This document shows positions 1 through 10,973 of a stretch of DNA of 64,000 nt, in pieces. Below the pieces are notes generated by a model that did not search any database, was not told the origin of the DNA, and worked only from the letters and a program-made list of their open reading frames with translations. The DNA is from Mycoplasmatota bacterium (lineage in GTDB: Bacteria; Bacillota_I; Bacilli_A; Izemoplasmatales; Hujiaoplasmataceae): assembly GCA_016342455.1 (NCBI GenBank), contig JAEIOE010000003.1, forward strand, positions 6,073 through 70,072. Reading direction: 5' to 3'. A program made the translations under genes and the position numbers. How positions within the stretch are numbered: the stretch's first letter is position 1; each line of letters opens with the position of its first letter.

Positions 1-279
1 TCACATGTATATTTAGACTGTTCGGTAGTTTTGCATTTATGATTCGAGAACGGTCAGAACGAAAGTATAAAAACATAAACAGTAGTACATAAATCTCAAA
101 GTAAAACTGAAATAGTATAGAAATTGAACAGCTGATTTGATATCTTAACCATACAATAACTAGTTGCAACTACTATTGTTAAAACGAGCCATATCATAAA
201 GAGTTACAAGCAATGGTATTCAGATTATAATAAAGTTCTTTAAGTATTTGCATTTATTATCATTGTATATAGAATATAA

Positions 280-310
280 AAAAAAGGTGCTTATAAAAAA
301 CACCTTTTTT
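280..310. terminator. Intrinsic terminator downstream of the LRR ORF
   Basis: AAAAAAGGTG / CACCTTTTTT inverted repeat with flanking A/T runs. Confidence 0.6.
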
Positions 311-333
311 GTTTATTAAGCAAGTACTAGAAA

Positions 334-783
334 TTAAGGACGTGTTTGAACTCCTAATAACGCGATAGGTAGACCAATTTCTTCCCATCTTGAATCGAAT
401 CTTGAAAAATCACCAAATATGTAAACATCGTTAATAATATTGCCGCTAAAAGCTTCATTACCAATATCAGTTATGTAAGCACCAATTCCTACACTTAGTA
501 AGTTGTTGTCTCTAAATGCACTTTCACCAACATGCATACATCCATTTTTAAGAGAAATATTATTGTTTAATGAATTACTTGCAAAAGCAAAACTTCCAAT
601 ACTAATTACAGAAGAAGGTATAAGTATTTCTAAAATACTATTATCATAAAATGCAGAATTACCAATTGTTACTAAAGTTTCAGGTAATGTTACCTCAGTT
701 AAACCTTTAGATCTAAATGCATCGCCACCAATTTCAGTTACTGTTAATCCGCCTATACTATTTGGTTTAGTAACAAATGACAA
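334..783 (-). pseudogene. BspA/TpLRR-type leucine-rich repeat protein, probably a 5'-truncated fragment
   Basis: Repeated (T/S)IGxxAF motifs (TEIGGDAF, TIGNSAF, SIGSFAF, HVGESAF, DIGNEAF). TTG start with no RBS, directly abutting the upstream gene's terminator; no signal peptide. Confidence 0.55.
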
Positions 784-790
784 ATGAAAA

Positions 791-816
791 GATGCAAGTA
801 AATTAATACTTGCATC
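791..816 (-). terminator. Intrinsic terminator of the 836-1297 gene
   Basis: Perfect 10-bp stem GATGCAAGTA/TACTTGCATC, followed by TTTTCATTT on the - strand. Confidence 0.8.
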
Positions 817-835
817 TATTTTTATTATTTTTTAA

Positions 836-1297
836 CTATTTTTTATTGATAAACATATAGATAGATAACAATAATCCAAACATCGCGAAAACTATCGCCA
901 TGATTAATCCGTATGTAATTACCCATTCTATATCAATATCTGTAACAGTACCTAAGACTGTAATGGATGCTTGTGTATAAATAGGCATCGTAATTAGTAA
1001 TACCGCTCCAGCAGCAAACAATGCGATAGAAGCAGCTTTTATTTTCTTGTAATACATTGTGATAAGACTAGCAATTAAAGGAAAAACAAATCCTAATATC
1101 GCTAAAATGCTCCAATTGATTTGCCCTGAAGCAAAAGAACCTAGATTCACAAATTCAGTTCCAAATGCTACTTCATATCCTAAAAATGATGAATCAGAAT
1201 CTGGAAAAGACAAAGTTGGTAAAAAAATCATGATAACCACAGCGATTCCAAATATGATTAGAATAAATGATAATAAATTATTCGTGCTTTTTTTCAT
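836..1297 (-). CDS. Hypothetical integral membrane protein (about 4 TM)
   Basis: 153 aa, GAAGGAG RBS, four hydrophobic segments. Confidence 0.8.
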   Translation of the reverse strand: MKKSTNNLLSFILIIFGIAVVIMIFLPTLSFPDSDSSFLGYEVAFGTEFVNLGSFASGQINWSILAILGFVFPLIASLITMYYKKIKAASIALFAAGAVLLITMPIYTQASITVLGTVTDIDIEWVITYGLIMAIVFAMFGLLLSIYMFINKK

Positions 1298-1371
1298 AAT
1301 TAAACTCCTTCTTAATGCAATTTTTTAAAACAGTGGAAATTATACATTTATAACATTACAAACGTTTCAAT

Positions 1372-1632
1372 CTAACGACGTTTTCCCGTTTTAAAAAAGT
1401 TAATAAGCGATAACAAGATAACAGCTCCAAATACTGCAAAAACAAATCCCCAAATACTGAAACTGCTTAACGACGCAATACCAAGTAATGATGCGATATA
1501 TCCACCAATTAGTGAACCTATCAAACCAACGATAACATTAGCAATTAGCCCCATGTTTTTATTTGTATCAGCGATAATACTGGTGATCCATCCTACAAAG
1601 CCACCAAAAATAATCCAATATAAAATATACAT
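1372..1632 (-). CDS. GlsB/YeaQ/YmgE (transglycosylase-associated) family membrane protein
   Basis: WIIFGGFVGWITS..., NVIVGLIGSLIGG, FAVFGAVILL family pattern; AGGAGG RBS. Confidence 0.9.
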   Translation of the reverse strand: MYILYWIIFGGFVGWITSIIADTNKNMGLIANVIVGLIGSLIGGYIASLLGIASLSSFSIWGFVFAVFGAVILLSLINFFKTGKRR

Positions 1633-1892
1633 ATAATGTACCTCCTTTCAGGAAATATCAATTGAATTTAGTATCTTTAAAGCAAAATAATCATTGTTTA
1701 CAAAAAAAACCAGAAATATATTTTGCTTTTATATCTGGCCGTTTACTTTAATAAATATTATGTAATTTTTGAAACAATGTATTATAGAGTCAATATACCA
1801 TGAAACCGAGTAATAAGCAATTTAAATATGTTAAAAGATGCTCGAATAAAAATACCTAAATTATAAAACAAAAAAAGAAATGGAATATTGGC

Positions 1893-2786
1893 TTAAGTCT
1901 CCAATATTCCATAATTTATTAAGAACATATATACGATAAAGTTAGGTATGGCAAATGAGTAAATATCATCAGATTGTAAGCCCCAAGTATTCACTCCTAA
2001 AAGATTTCCATCTACATCAACTAATGCACCACCACTAGATCCTTCATCAATTTGTGCATTATGATAAATAACATCATAATCCACGTTTTGAATGGACTCG
2101 ATACTAAAGTATTCACCAAAGGTAACGATATCATTTACCTCTAAAGGATTTCCACAGGCCATTACTAATTCGCCTGGAGTAAATTTATAGTAAAGTCTTT
2201 GATAGATATCAATGATTGTGATTTCAGTTCTTTCAGCTTTCAAAAACCTAATTACAGCTAAATCAATATCCGCATCACTAACAACTACTTCACATTCACT
2301 AAATTCAGGGTCGCCATAGGCTTTTAGTTCATAATCAACTAAGTACTCTTCTGGGTCTATTACATGATAATTCGTAATTGCATAATAGTATTCTGTATCT
2401 TCCATAAAAATAAATCCTGAGCCTGTACTAATGCCAACTTCTCTTCTCTCTGTCTCTGTAGACCAAGGAACTATTTTTAATTCTTCATAGAGAGTTACTA
2501 TTAGTTCTATATTTGCATGACGAACATAATCTTGAGTGTTGAATAACACGTCATTATAGTCATCTATGCTTTCAAGACTATACGTATCAGATACATATTG
2601 TGGATAACTACTGTAATCTTCACTTTCATAAGTGATAGTTCCATTAACTAGTGTTGGTAAGGTTGTTGTGATAGGTAAATCTGTTGTGGTATTGAAACCA
2701 AAATAGAAAAGTTGATCACAGCTTATCAAAACTGGTGTTAATAAAACGATTAGCAGTAGTAGTAATGTTTTTTTGAGTTTCATCAT
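1893..2786 (-). CDS. Trypsin-like (S1C) serine protease lipoprotein without PDZ domain
   Basis: Lipobox LISC; catalytic triad motifs TNYHV, DLAVI, GSSGG. Confidence 0.9.
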   Translation of the reverse strand: MMKLKKTLLLLLIVLLTPVLISCDQLFYFGFNTTTDLPITTTLPTLVNGTITYESEDYSSYPQYVSDTYSLESIDDYNDVLFNTQDYVRHANIELIVTLYEELKIVPWSTETERREVGISTGSGFIFMEDTEYYYAITNYHVIDPEEYLVDYELKAYGDPEFSECEVVVSDADIDLAVIRFLKAERTEITIIDIYQRLYYKFTPGELVMACGNPLEVNDIVTFGEYFSIESIQNVDYDVIYHNAQIDEGSSGGALVDVDGNLLGVNTWGLQSDDIYSFAIPNFIVYMFLINYGILET

Positions 2787-2939
2787 ATCACCTACTATTT
2801 ATACGGATATTATACTATATTTATTGCTAAAAGCTTAAAATTTCACTGAAAAAACACACATTTTTCATGTTTTCACCTATTATGATATATAATATATTAT
2901 AATAAATAGAATTATAAGTATTTATAAGGGGGAGAAAAC

Positions 2940-5900
2940 ATGACGACAGATATGGATTTTGGAATGTATTTCAATATTGCATTTTTATCAATACTTGGAC
3001 TCGGAATACTATTCGGGTTCATCAAGGGATTTAAAAAATCTTTATGGAGCTTTTTAGTTACCTTAATATTTTTTGCCTTTTTTTTCCTAACAATAGATCG
3101 AGTAGTTAATGTATTATGGACTATTAACATGCCGTTCTTAGGAGGGCTTTTAGCTAATGTTAACACTGAATTAGAAAGTGTAACATCATTATTTGAAGCC
3201 CTGCCGATTTTGTTAGGCGCGTATTTACCTGGAGAATTTGCGGCTACCGCAACGAATGCGAACTTATTGGAGTTTATCACTTCTATTTCTTTGTTTGTCG
3301 TTAAGATAGTCTATACGATTCTTTATTTTACAGTAATTCAAGTACTATATCGTTTGATTCTTTGGATACTTAGGATGATTATAGTTCCATCAAAGAAGAA
3401 AACAGATAAATATAAATCGAAGAACCGTCTACTCGGTTCTGTATTTGGTTTATTACAAGGTGGAATCAGTGTATACCTTACTTTGATTATATTTGGGGGG
3501 ATTATTAGTATTGCATCATCTGTAGCTAGTATCGTACCTAATGCCAACCCAACGCCAGTAAGACATATCGAATATCGAGAAGAATTTAGACAACCAACTG
3601 CATCTATCATTCAAATGGCAGCGATTGCGTTACCAGATGGTGGTAACTTAGATGATGCAATGGATTTATTAGAGGGAATGATTGAAGGTTATGAAACTAA
3701 TATTTTAGTAACATATCAAAATACAATCACCATCACAGATCCATATGATCCAGAAGGAGAGATGCCTTTAAATCTATATCTATTTGATTCTGTGTTATCG
3801 ATGAATTATCAAGAGGAACAAATAGCATTTAGAGCGGAATTAGATGTGTTAACTCAAGTTGCAGCTAACGTGATTAATTCCGATTTCATGGAATCAGGAG
3901 ACGTTGGCGACCTTACAGGAGAAGAAGTAAGAGCGGTTTTTACCGATTTAGGGAAATCGCATCTTATTACATCCATTATACCTTTAGCGGTGGAAGTTGC
4001 TTCAGAAGCTTTTGAGGTTGACTTAGAATTACCTTTAGATGAGCTATACGAAATCGAATGGGACATTGAAATCATGCAACTAGGTGAAGTGGCAGCTAGC
4101 GCTTTAGATATCGTTAATGCAGCAGGAGTTTTTAATGGAAGCTTTGAATTAGATACGATTGTCTTAGATGGTGATGAGGTAGAACAACTATTCGTAAGTC
4201 TTGGTCAAAGTGAATTAGTTACTTTAGCAGCTTTCGTAGCTATCGAACCTATACTTGAAATTGCAGGAGAAGGAGTTTCTGCTTTTATTACTGTTCCAAC
4301 TGACTTAGACTGGGCAGCAGAATTCGCAGCTATTGGAGCTTTGGCAGGAGAAGTATTAAATTCTGGTTTAACAGTTGGTGCGGTTAATTCTGGGGATATA
4401 GGTGCTATATTACCAATCCTTGCCAATATTGACTTTACTGTTTTACTAGATTCTAAAATTATCACAAACGCTATGATTAATATCCTAAGCGGTCAAACAT
4501 CAATTGATATTTCTGAATTTATTACCATTCCAGATGGAATTCAATGGCTAAATTTAGAGGTTGATGGTGAAACTGTTTATGGTGAACTATATAATATTTT
4601 AATGGCTATTAACGCCTTAGCTAAATCAGCTGGCAATATTGATTTTAATGATTTTCAAAATTTATCATTAAATACTATTGCTCAATTCACAGCTGATGAT
4701 ATCAACGCTTTGTTTGAATCGAAAATCTTGGTAGCGACAATCACTTCCTATTTAACTGATTTAGATTTAGGGGATGGTTTTACAATTATAATGCCAGACT
4801 CTGCCTTTGATGAAGATGGATATATTAAGAAAACAGAGCTTCAAAATGTCGTTAACGCTGTATTTATGCTTGTTAATGAACTAGCTTGTCCAGTAGATAA
4901 AGTAGCTTGTCAAGACCTAGGTGTTGATATTGACTTAATATTTACTCTGGATGGTGAAGACTTAGATACTTTACTAGCATCTGATGTATTAGCTGCTTCA
5001 GCAGGTAATTTAGTGCTAGAACTAGGTGGAGACATGTTAACTGTACCAGGTTCTGCACTAGTAGAAATATTTGTTGATGATGTTGCTAGAGATGTTGTAA
5101 GTAGAGCAGAGATTAAAGCTGCTTTCCTAGCTATATCAACACTTGGTATTTCAAGTATTGATAATTTAGCAATAGACCCATCAATCCTGACTAACCTAGC
5201 TGTAGATGGACAACCAACTGTATTAGACTCTACAAAAGCAGATAAGTTGTTTGGTTCTAAGATATTAAATGCTACACTATCATCATATTTATTTGATTTT
5301 GCTACAGGTGCTGAATCATTTATTGTTGTTCCTTATTTCGCTGAAAACAATTCAACTGAAATAAGAGTAATTGACCCAATTGATTCAACTGAATATATTT
5401 CTGAAGATGAACTTACAAACATACTTCAAGCTGTACTTGTTCTAGATATTACTGATTTTGAGAATATCGATCAATTAGATATCGCAAGTATACTTGCTGA
5501 TGTAGATGTATTATTAGATTCATCTATTCTTCACGCAACTATTTCAAAAATGTTAATTGATATGGATGATATTGTTGCTGTTCCTTTAAATGACCAAGCT
5601 GGAGATCCGCTTAAAATTACAGTGGGTACTGGCGTTACGGAATCAACATACATCGCTAAAATTGAATTGGAAAATGTATTTGATGCATTATCAGTATTAA
5701 ATATTACAGATATTGAAGATGTAGCAATTGATTTAACTATATTAGAAAATTTAGCAGTTGAAGGAGAACCTACTGTATTAGATACAGCTAAATCAACTAG
5801 ATTATTCTCTTCATCAATTATTAACGCTACTTTAGCGAAATACTTACTTGATTTTACTGGTGGAGCAGAAGCTTTAGTTGTTGTTCCATATGAAGATCAA

Positions 5901-8900
5901 GATGGAACTACAATTAGATTTACAGATGCTGCAGATGGCACTGAATATATTGTGGAGTCTGAATTAACAAATATTTTAAAAGCTGTCCTTGTTTTAGATA
6001 TAACAGACTTTGAAAATATCGAAAATATTGATATTGGAGAAATACTTTCTAATGTATCTACTCTTCTTGATTCAGCGATATTACACGCAACTGTTTCAAA
6101 ACAATTACTTGATTTAGATACAGTAATAGTAGTTCCTACTAGTAATGAATTAGGAGACCCAGTTAAAGTTATAACAGGTCCAGTTGGTAATGAAACTACA
6201 TTTATCGAAAAAGCTGAATTAGAGGCTGTTTTCGATGCTTTATCTGTGCTACAAATTACTGATATTGCCGATGTAGCTATTGACTTAACCATCCTTGAAG
6301 AATTAGCAGTTGAAGGTCAACCTACTGTTTTAGACACAAATAAATCAGATACGTTATTTGCCTCGGCTGTAATTAACGCAACCTTATCAAAATTCTTAAT
6401 TGATTTCTCAGAAGGTGACTCGGCAATATTATCTGTACCTTATGAAGATCAAAATACTGTAGTTATAAGAGTTGTTGACCCTGTAGATGGTGTTGAAATG
6501 ATATCGCAAGCAGAGTTAACAAACATCCTAAAAGCAGTACTTGCTTTAGATATTACTGATTTTGAAAATATCGATAATATAAATATAGATGTAATCTTAT
6601 CAAATGTTTCTGTTTTACTGGATTCAGCAATATTACACGCAACTATTTCTAAACAATTAATGGACTTAGATACGGTTATCGTTGTTCCAACTAATAACGA
6701 ATTAGGCGATCCTGTTAAATTAGTAACTGGACCTCTAGCAAATGAAACCACCTTTATTGAAAAAGCAGAATTAGAAGCTGTATTCGATGCTTTAACAGTA
6801 TTAGGTATCGATGATATAAACAACGTAACTATGGATATGACTATTATTGGTAATTTAGCTGAAGATGGTGACGATACTGCCTTAGATATGCTAAAAGCAG
6901 ATATCTTATTCTCATCAGCTGTTATCAACGCTACCTTATCAAAATATATTATGGACTTCTCAGCAGGAGATGATCCTTTCTTAGTAGTACCGGATAATGC
7001 TCAAGATGGAACTGTTATTACAGTTACAGATCCTGTTGATTCCATTACTGTAATTGCAGAATTAGAGTTAACAAATGTATTAAAAGCAGTACTGTTACTA
7101 GATTTACAATCATTCGATTCAGTAGAAAGCTTAGACCTTAATACTATTTTAGGAAATGTTTCTGCTATCTTAGATTCAAGTATCATGCATGCATCGATAT
7201 CAAAACAATTCCTTGATTTAGGAGATGGTATTGTAACGATTCCAACGCATCACGAAAACGATGACGCTTTAATAATCACTCAAGGTACAGTTGATTTTAT
7301 CAACCGTTTAGAACTAGAACATACCTTTGAGGCCTTAGAAGTATTAGGAATGAGTGACATTTCAAATATGTCAGTAGATATTACAAAGATATTAGATAAC
7401 TTAGGTGAAGACTTAGATCCAACTGTTTTAGATAATTCAAAAGCAAATACCTTATTTAGTTCAACTATCTTAAAGGCAACCATTGCTAAATACATCCTAG
7501 ATTTCTCAGAAGGAGCAACACCTATTTTACAGGTTCCACAAATTAATGAATCAAATGTATATATTAAAACACAAAACTCATTTGATACAACAGTATTTAT
7601 TAATCAAGATGAGTTAACTTCTGTTCTTAGTGCTATTCTTGCATTAGGACTAAGTGATTTTGATAATGTAAGTACCCTTTCACTTGATGTAATCATCGCT
7701 AACAAAACAGCGATATTAGATTCAGCTATTTTACAAGCTACTGTATCTCAACAATTAATTGATTTAGGCGGCGGCACCGTAATTATTCCTGAATTTGAGG
7801 ATGATAACGTAACTGAAGTTTTAGTAACAAAAGGTGATGTAGGACAAGAGATGACTTTCATCGCAAGACTTGAATTAGATGCCTTATTCGATGCCTTAGA
7901 AATATTAGATATAGGTAACTTAGATAGTTTTGATGGTGGCGTTGACTTATCGGTATTAAATGAGCCAGGTGCTGTCCATACTTTAGTTCAATCAGCTATT
8001 TTACAAGCTACTATTTCTGCTCAAGTATTAGATTTAGCAGGCGGTACAGGGGAAACATTAGTAATAATCCCTTATCAATCACCTGATGGATTAGTTCAAC
8101 TTAGAAGAACAATAGGTGTCACATCACCAGTTGAAATGATCGAACAATTAGAACTTGAACATCTTATTGATGCATTCGTTGCCTTAGGTTTTACAGATGT
8201 AGATAATTTAGAATTAGCTATCTCAATCAGTACCCTAACAGACAATGCAGCAACAATCTTTGAATCATATACACTTCAAGCAACTGTTTCTAAACAAGTA
8301 CTTGATTTAGAATCAGCTACAGTAGTCATCCCTTATTATGATGATAATGTATTAACACCAACTAGATTAAGAAACATATCAGGTCCAGCCTTAGAAGAAA
8401 CTGAATTTATCGCTAAAGATGAATTAATTGCTTTAATGGCAGCACTTGATGTATTGATACCAGAAGGAGAAGGTGTTGAAAACTTTGATGGAGCAGTAGA
8501 TATTTCATTATTCTATGAAGTAGGACCAAGAACTATTTTAATTAGTTCAAGTATCTTACAAGCTACTATTTCAAAACAAATCGTAGATTTAGGAGCTGCA
8601 ATTGAGGTTCCATTGCAAAGAGATGATTTATCAGTGGTAAGATTAACTGCTGGTACAATTCTAGCTGAACAAAACGAATACTTAGTTGACGATGAAATTC
8701 ATGCTTTATTTGAAGCATTAGAATTATTAGGAATGGATGACATTGGAGACTTCGACGGAAATAACTTAAGCTTTGATATATTCTTACCATCACATGGTTT
8801 AGGATATGAGGATAATCAAAACACATTACTTGCCTCAGCTTGTATTCAAGCTACAGTCTCAAAACAAATCATTGATTTAGCCGTTGGCGATACATTAATT

Positions 8901-10850
8901 ATTCCAACCAAGGATTATAATGATAACGATGTAAGAGTCTTAGTTGGCCTTACAGACTATTTATTAGTTTCTGAGATAAAGAGCCTATTTAACGCTTTAG
9001 ATGTCTTAGAATTAGATATTAACAACTTCTCAGGTGATTTAGGCTTAACGAACTTGTTTGAGTCTTCTAAACCTTTAGAATATGCAGATAATCAAACTAC
9101 AATGTTGGCTAGTGCCATTATGCACGCAACAATGTCTGATCAAATACTTTCCTTATCTAGTGGAGGAGCAATTTTAATTCCAACAACAGATAAAGCAGGA
9201 AATACCTTCACAAAAGTAGTAGAAACAGTTTACTATATCGAAGGTACTGAAATTAAACATTTGTTAAACGCTATGGATGCGATGGGCTTCGGTAGTGCTG
9301 GTAGTTTAGGTGACTTTGGTGGTACTGTTAGTTTTGCAAGTCTTACAGATTCTAACAACCAAGATACGATGTTACTATCTATCATTATGCACTCAACATT
9401 ATCTGATAAGATATTTGATTTATCAGTTGGAGCAACACCTGCAATACTCATTCCAACAACTGACTTTGATGATTTAGCAATTCATGAAACAGTTTCAGGA
9501 AACTATTTTATTGAAAAAATAGAGATTAAAGCCTTAATTGACGCTATGAACGTATTATCACCTGGTGGTGATTTAGATGGCTTTAGCGGAACGATTGGTT
9601 TAACTAGTTTGATGAGTAACGGAGGGTTAAATCCTGATTACCAAACAAACCAAGTATTAGTATTAAGTTCTGCAATTATGCATCGTACGATTACGAACCA
9701 AATCGCAGATTTAGGAGTAACAGCACTTGTCGTTCCTGATACAGATATTGATTCATTCGCAATAGACGCAACTATATCAACTAACTTCTTTATTACCAAA
9801 GCAGAGATTCAACATTTATTCGATGCAATGGATATCTTAGGAGTAGGCGGAGATTTAAGTTCATTTGACGGAACGATAGATTTATCTGCAATCGCTGATG
9901 ATGCTTCACAAAATACATTATTGTTATCAGCTATCATGCACGCTACTTTATCTGATAAGTTAATTGATTCTGCTTTAAATATACCTGATATAGATATTAA
10001 TAGATTAGGTGGAGCAGTAGCACTTAGAGTAACACCTTCTTCAACTGAGTTCATTGAAAAAATTGAACTTAAGAAATTACTAATTGCATTAGATGAAATG
10101 GATATGACTGATTTTGGAGCAATGACTCCATCACTTGGTGTTATTTTCACAAAAGATATGAACGTGATATTAGATTCAGCAATTATGCAAACAACCATTT
10201 CATTCAACTTCTTATCAACAGCGAAAACTTATGACTTAGCTAGCAGTGGAGAATTTATTGTCCCTGAAGGCAAACGCGAGGCTATCGCAGTTGAAACAGT
10301 TGCTAAAGAATGGATTGAAGTTACTGAACTAAAAGCCTTAATCGCTGCTTTAAGTGAATTAGGTATATCTTCATTTGATGTATCTATTGATGGTTCTACT
10401 TTAAACGGTAAGACCGAAGCAGAATTAACAACAATCTTAGCTTCAGCTTCTATGCATTTAACAGCTGAAAATATGATTAAACAAAATGCAAACATTAATA
10501 GTTATGTACCTGATATTACAGGACAAGCAGTAATAATCGACTCACTATATGGGGAAACAGATATTGTAAGCTCTGTTGAGGTGATCAAGTTTATCTTAGC
10601 TATTGATGCATTCGGAGGAAGCCTTGAAGGCGACTTTGATTCATCAGTATTGAGTGGTCTTACAAACGCAGAACAACTTACAGTAATTGCATCAGCAATT
10701 GCAAGATGTAAGATGACTCCTGAATTAGTAACTGCTATGGCACTTAACTTTACTCCTTATGGACCTACAGATTATGAAACATTAGATACAACGCCACCAG
10801 CAACTTGCTTAACGGAAGCTGCTGCAGAAGATGCATTAGCATTATACTAA
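2940..10850 (+). CDS. Giant acidic membrane-anchored repeat protein (2636 aa), CvpA-like N-terminal TM module
   Basis: Uninterrupted ORF with GGGGAG RBS, four N-terminal TM segments, about 24 copies of an LxSxIxxATIS-centred repeat, own terminator. Confidence 0.9.
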   Translation: MTTDMDFGMYFNIAFLSILGLGILFGFIKGFKKSLWSFLVTLIFFAFFFLTIDRVVNVLWTINMPFLGGLLANVNTELESVTSLFEALPILLGAYLPGEFAATATNANLLEFITSISLFVVKIVYTILYFTVIQVLYRLILWILRMIIVPSKKKTDKYKSKNRLLGSVFGLLQGGISVYLTLIIFGGIISIASSVASIVPNANPTPVRHIEYREEFRQPTASIIQMAAIALPDGGNLDDAMDLLEGMIEGYETNILVTYQNTITITDPYDPEGEMPLNLYLFDSVLSMNYQEEQIAFRAELDVLTQVAANVINSDFMESGDVGDLTGEEVRAVFTDLGKSHLITSIIPLAVEVASEAFEVDLELPLDELYEIEWDIEIMQLGEVAASALDIVNAAGVFNGSFELDTIVLDGDEVEQLFVSLGQSELVTLAAFVAIEPILEIAGEGVSAFITVPTDLDWAAEFAAIGALAGEVLNSGLTVGAVNSGDIGAILPILANIDFTVLLDSKIITNAMINILSGQTSIDISEFITIPDGIQWLNLEVDGETVYGELYNILMAINALAKSAGNIDFNDFQNLSLNTIAQFTADDINALFESKILVATITSYLTDLDLGDGFTIIMPDSAFDEDGYIKKTELQNVVNAVFMLVNELACPVDKVACQDLGVDIDLIFTLDGEDLDTLLASDVLAASAGNLVLELGGDMLTVPGSALVEIFVDDVARDVVSRAEIKAAFLAISTLGISSIDNLAIDPSILTNLAVDGQPTVLDSTKADKLFGSKILNATLSSYLFDFATGAESFIVVPYFAENNSTEIRVIDPIDSTEYISEDELTNILQAVLVLDITDFENIDQLDIASILADVDVLLDSSILHATISKMLIDMDDIVAVPLNDQAGDPLKITVGTGVTESTYIAKIELENVFDALSVLNITDIEDVAIDLTILENLAVEGEPTVLDTAKSTRLFSSSIINATLAKYLLDFTGGAEALVVVPYEDQDGTTIRFTDAADGTEYIVESELTNILKAVLVLDITDFENIENIDIGEILSNVSTLLDSAILHATVSKQLLDLDTVIVVPTSNELGDPVKVITGPVGNETTFIEKAELEAVFDALSVLQITDIADVAIDLTILEELAVEGQPTVLDTNKSDTLFASAVINATLSKFLIDFSEGDSAILSVPYEDQNTVVIRVVDPVDGVEMISQAELTNILKAVLALDITDFENIDNINIDVILSNVSVLLDSAILHATISKQLMDLDTVIVVPTNNELGDPVKLVTGPLANETTFIEKAELEAVFDALTVLGIDDINNVTMDMTIIGNLAEDGDDTALDMLKADILFSSAVINATLSKYIMDFSAGDDPFLVVPDNAQDGTVITVTDPVDSITVIAELELTNVLKAVLLLDLQSFDSVESLDLNTILGNVSAILDSSIMHASISKQFLDLGDGIVTIPTHHENDDALIITQGTVDFINRLELEHTFEALEVLGMSDISNMSVDITKILDNLGEDLDPTVLDNSKANTLFSSTILKATIAKYILDFSEGATPILQVPQINESNVYIKTQNSFDTTVFINQDELTSVLSAILALGLSDFDNVSTLSLDVIIANKTAILDSAILQATVSQQLIDLGGGTVIIPEFEDDNVTEVLVTKGDVGQEMTFIARLELDALFDALEILDIGNLDSFDGGVDLSVLNEPGAVHTLVQSAILQATISAQVLDLAGGTGETLVIIPYQSPDGLVQLRRTIGVTSPVEMIEQLELEHLIDAFVALGFTDVDNLELAISISTLTDNAATIFESYTLQATVSKQVLDLESATVVIPYYDDNVLTPTRLRNISGPALEETEFIAKDELIALMAALDVLIPEGEGVENFDGAVDISLFYEVGPRTILISSSILQATISKQIVDLGAAIEVPLQRDDLSVVRLTAGTILAEQNEYLVDDEIHALFEALELLGMDDIGDFDGNNLSFDIFLPSHGLGYEDNQNTLLASACIQATVSKQIIDLAVGDTLIIPTKDYNDNDVRVLVGLTDYLLVSEIKSLFNALDVLELDINNFSGDLGLTNLFESSKPLEYADNQTTMLASAIMHATMSDQILSLSSGGAILIPTTDKAGNTFTKVVETVYYIEGTEIKHLLNAMDAMGFGSAGSLGDFGGTVSFASLTDSNNQDTMLLSIIMHSTLSDKIFDLSVGATPAILIPTTDFDDLAIHETVSGNYFIEKIEIKALIDAMNVLSPGGDLDGFSGTIGLTSLMSNGGLNPDYQTNQVLVLSSAIMHRTITNQIADLGVTALVVPDTDIDSFAIDATISTNFFITKAEIQHLFDAMDILGVGGDLSSFDGTIDLSAIADDASQNTLLLSAIMHATLSDKLIDSALNIPDIDINRLGGAVALRVTPSSTEFIEKIELKKLLIALDEMDMTDFGAMTPSLGVIFTKDMNVILDSAIMQTTISFNFLSTAKTYDLASSGEFIVPEGKREAIAVETVAKEWIEVTELKALIAALSELGISSFDVSIDGSTLNGKTEAELTTILASASMHLTAENMIKQNANINSYVPDITGQAVIIDSLYGETDIVSSVEVIKFILAIDAFGGSLEGDFDSSVLSGLTNAEQLTVIASAIARCKMTPELVTAMALNFTPYGPTDYETLDTTPPATCLTEAAAEDALALY
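5170..7930 (+). repeat. Five higher-order tandem repeats of about 552 bp (184 aa, two basic units each) inside the giant ORF
   Basis: PTVLD-like anchor (..TTAGA) at 5221, 5776, 6328, 6880, 7426 (spacings 555, 552, 552, 546); GATTCAGC at 6069 and 6621. Confidence 0.9.
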
Positions 10851-10866
10851 AATTAAACCTAAAAAT

Positions 10867-10896
10867 AGCGGTGATTTAACAAATCATCGCTTTTTT
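10867..10896 (+). terminator. Intrinsic terminator after giant protein 1
   Basis: AGCGGTGATTT/AAATCATCGCT stem plus T-run. Confidence 0.85.
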
Positions 10897-10973
10897 AATC
10901 GAATTACTATTAAAGAATAAACATATATAGTATAATTGTATATAATAAACAAAATTAAATAAGGAGGAAGATT

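Noticed and set aside
1-260. Short - strand frames at the window edge (34-aa hydrophobic ORF and an open frame running off the end)
   Set aside because: Too short, no clear RBS, no recognisable motif; cannot be supported.
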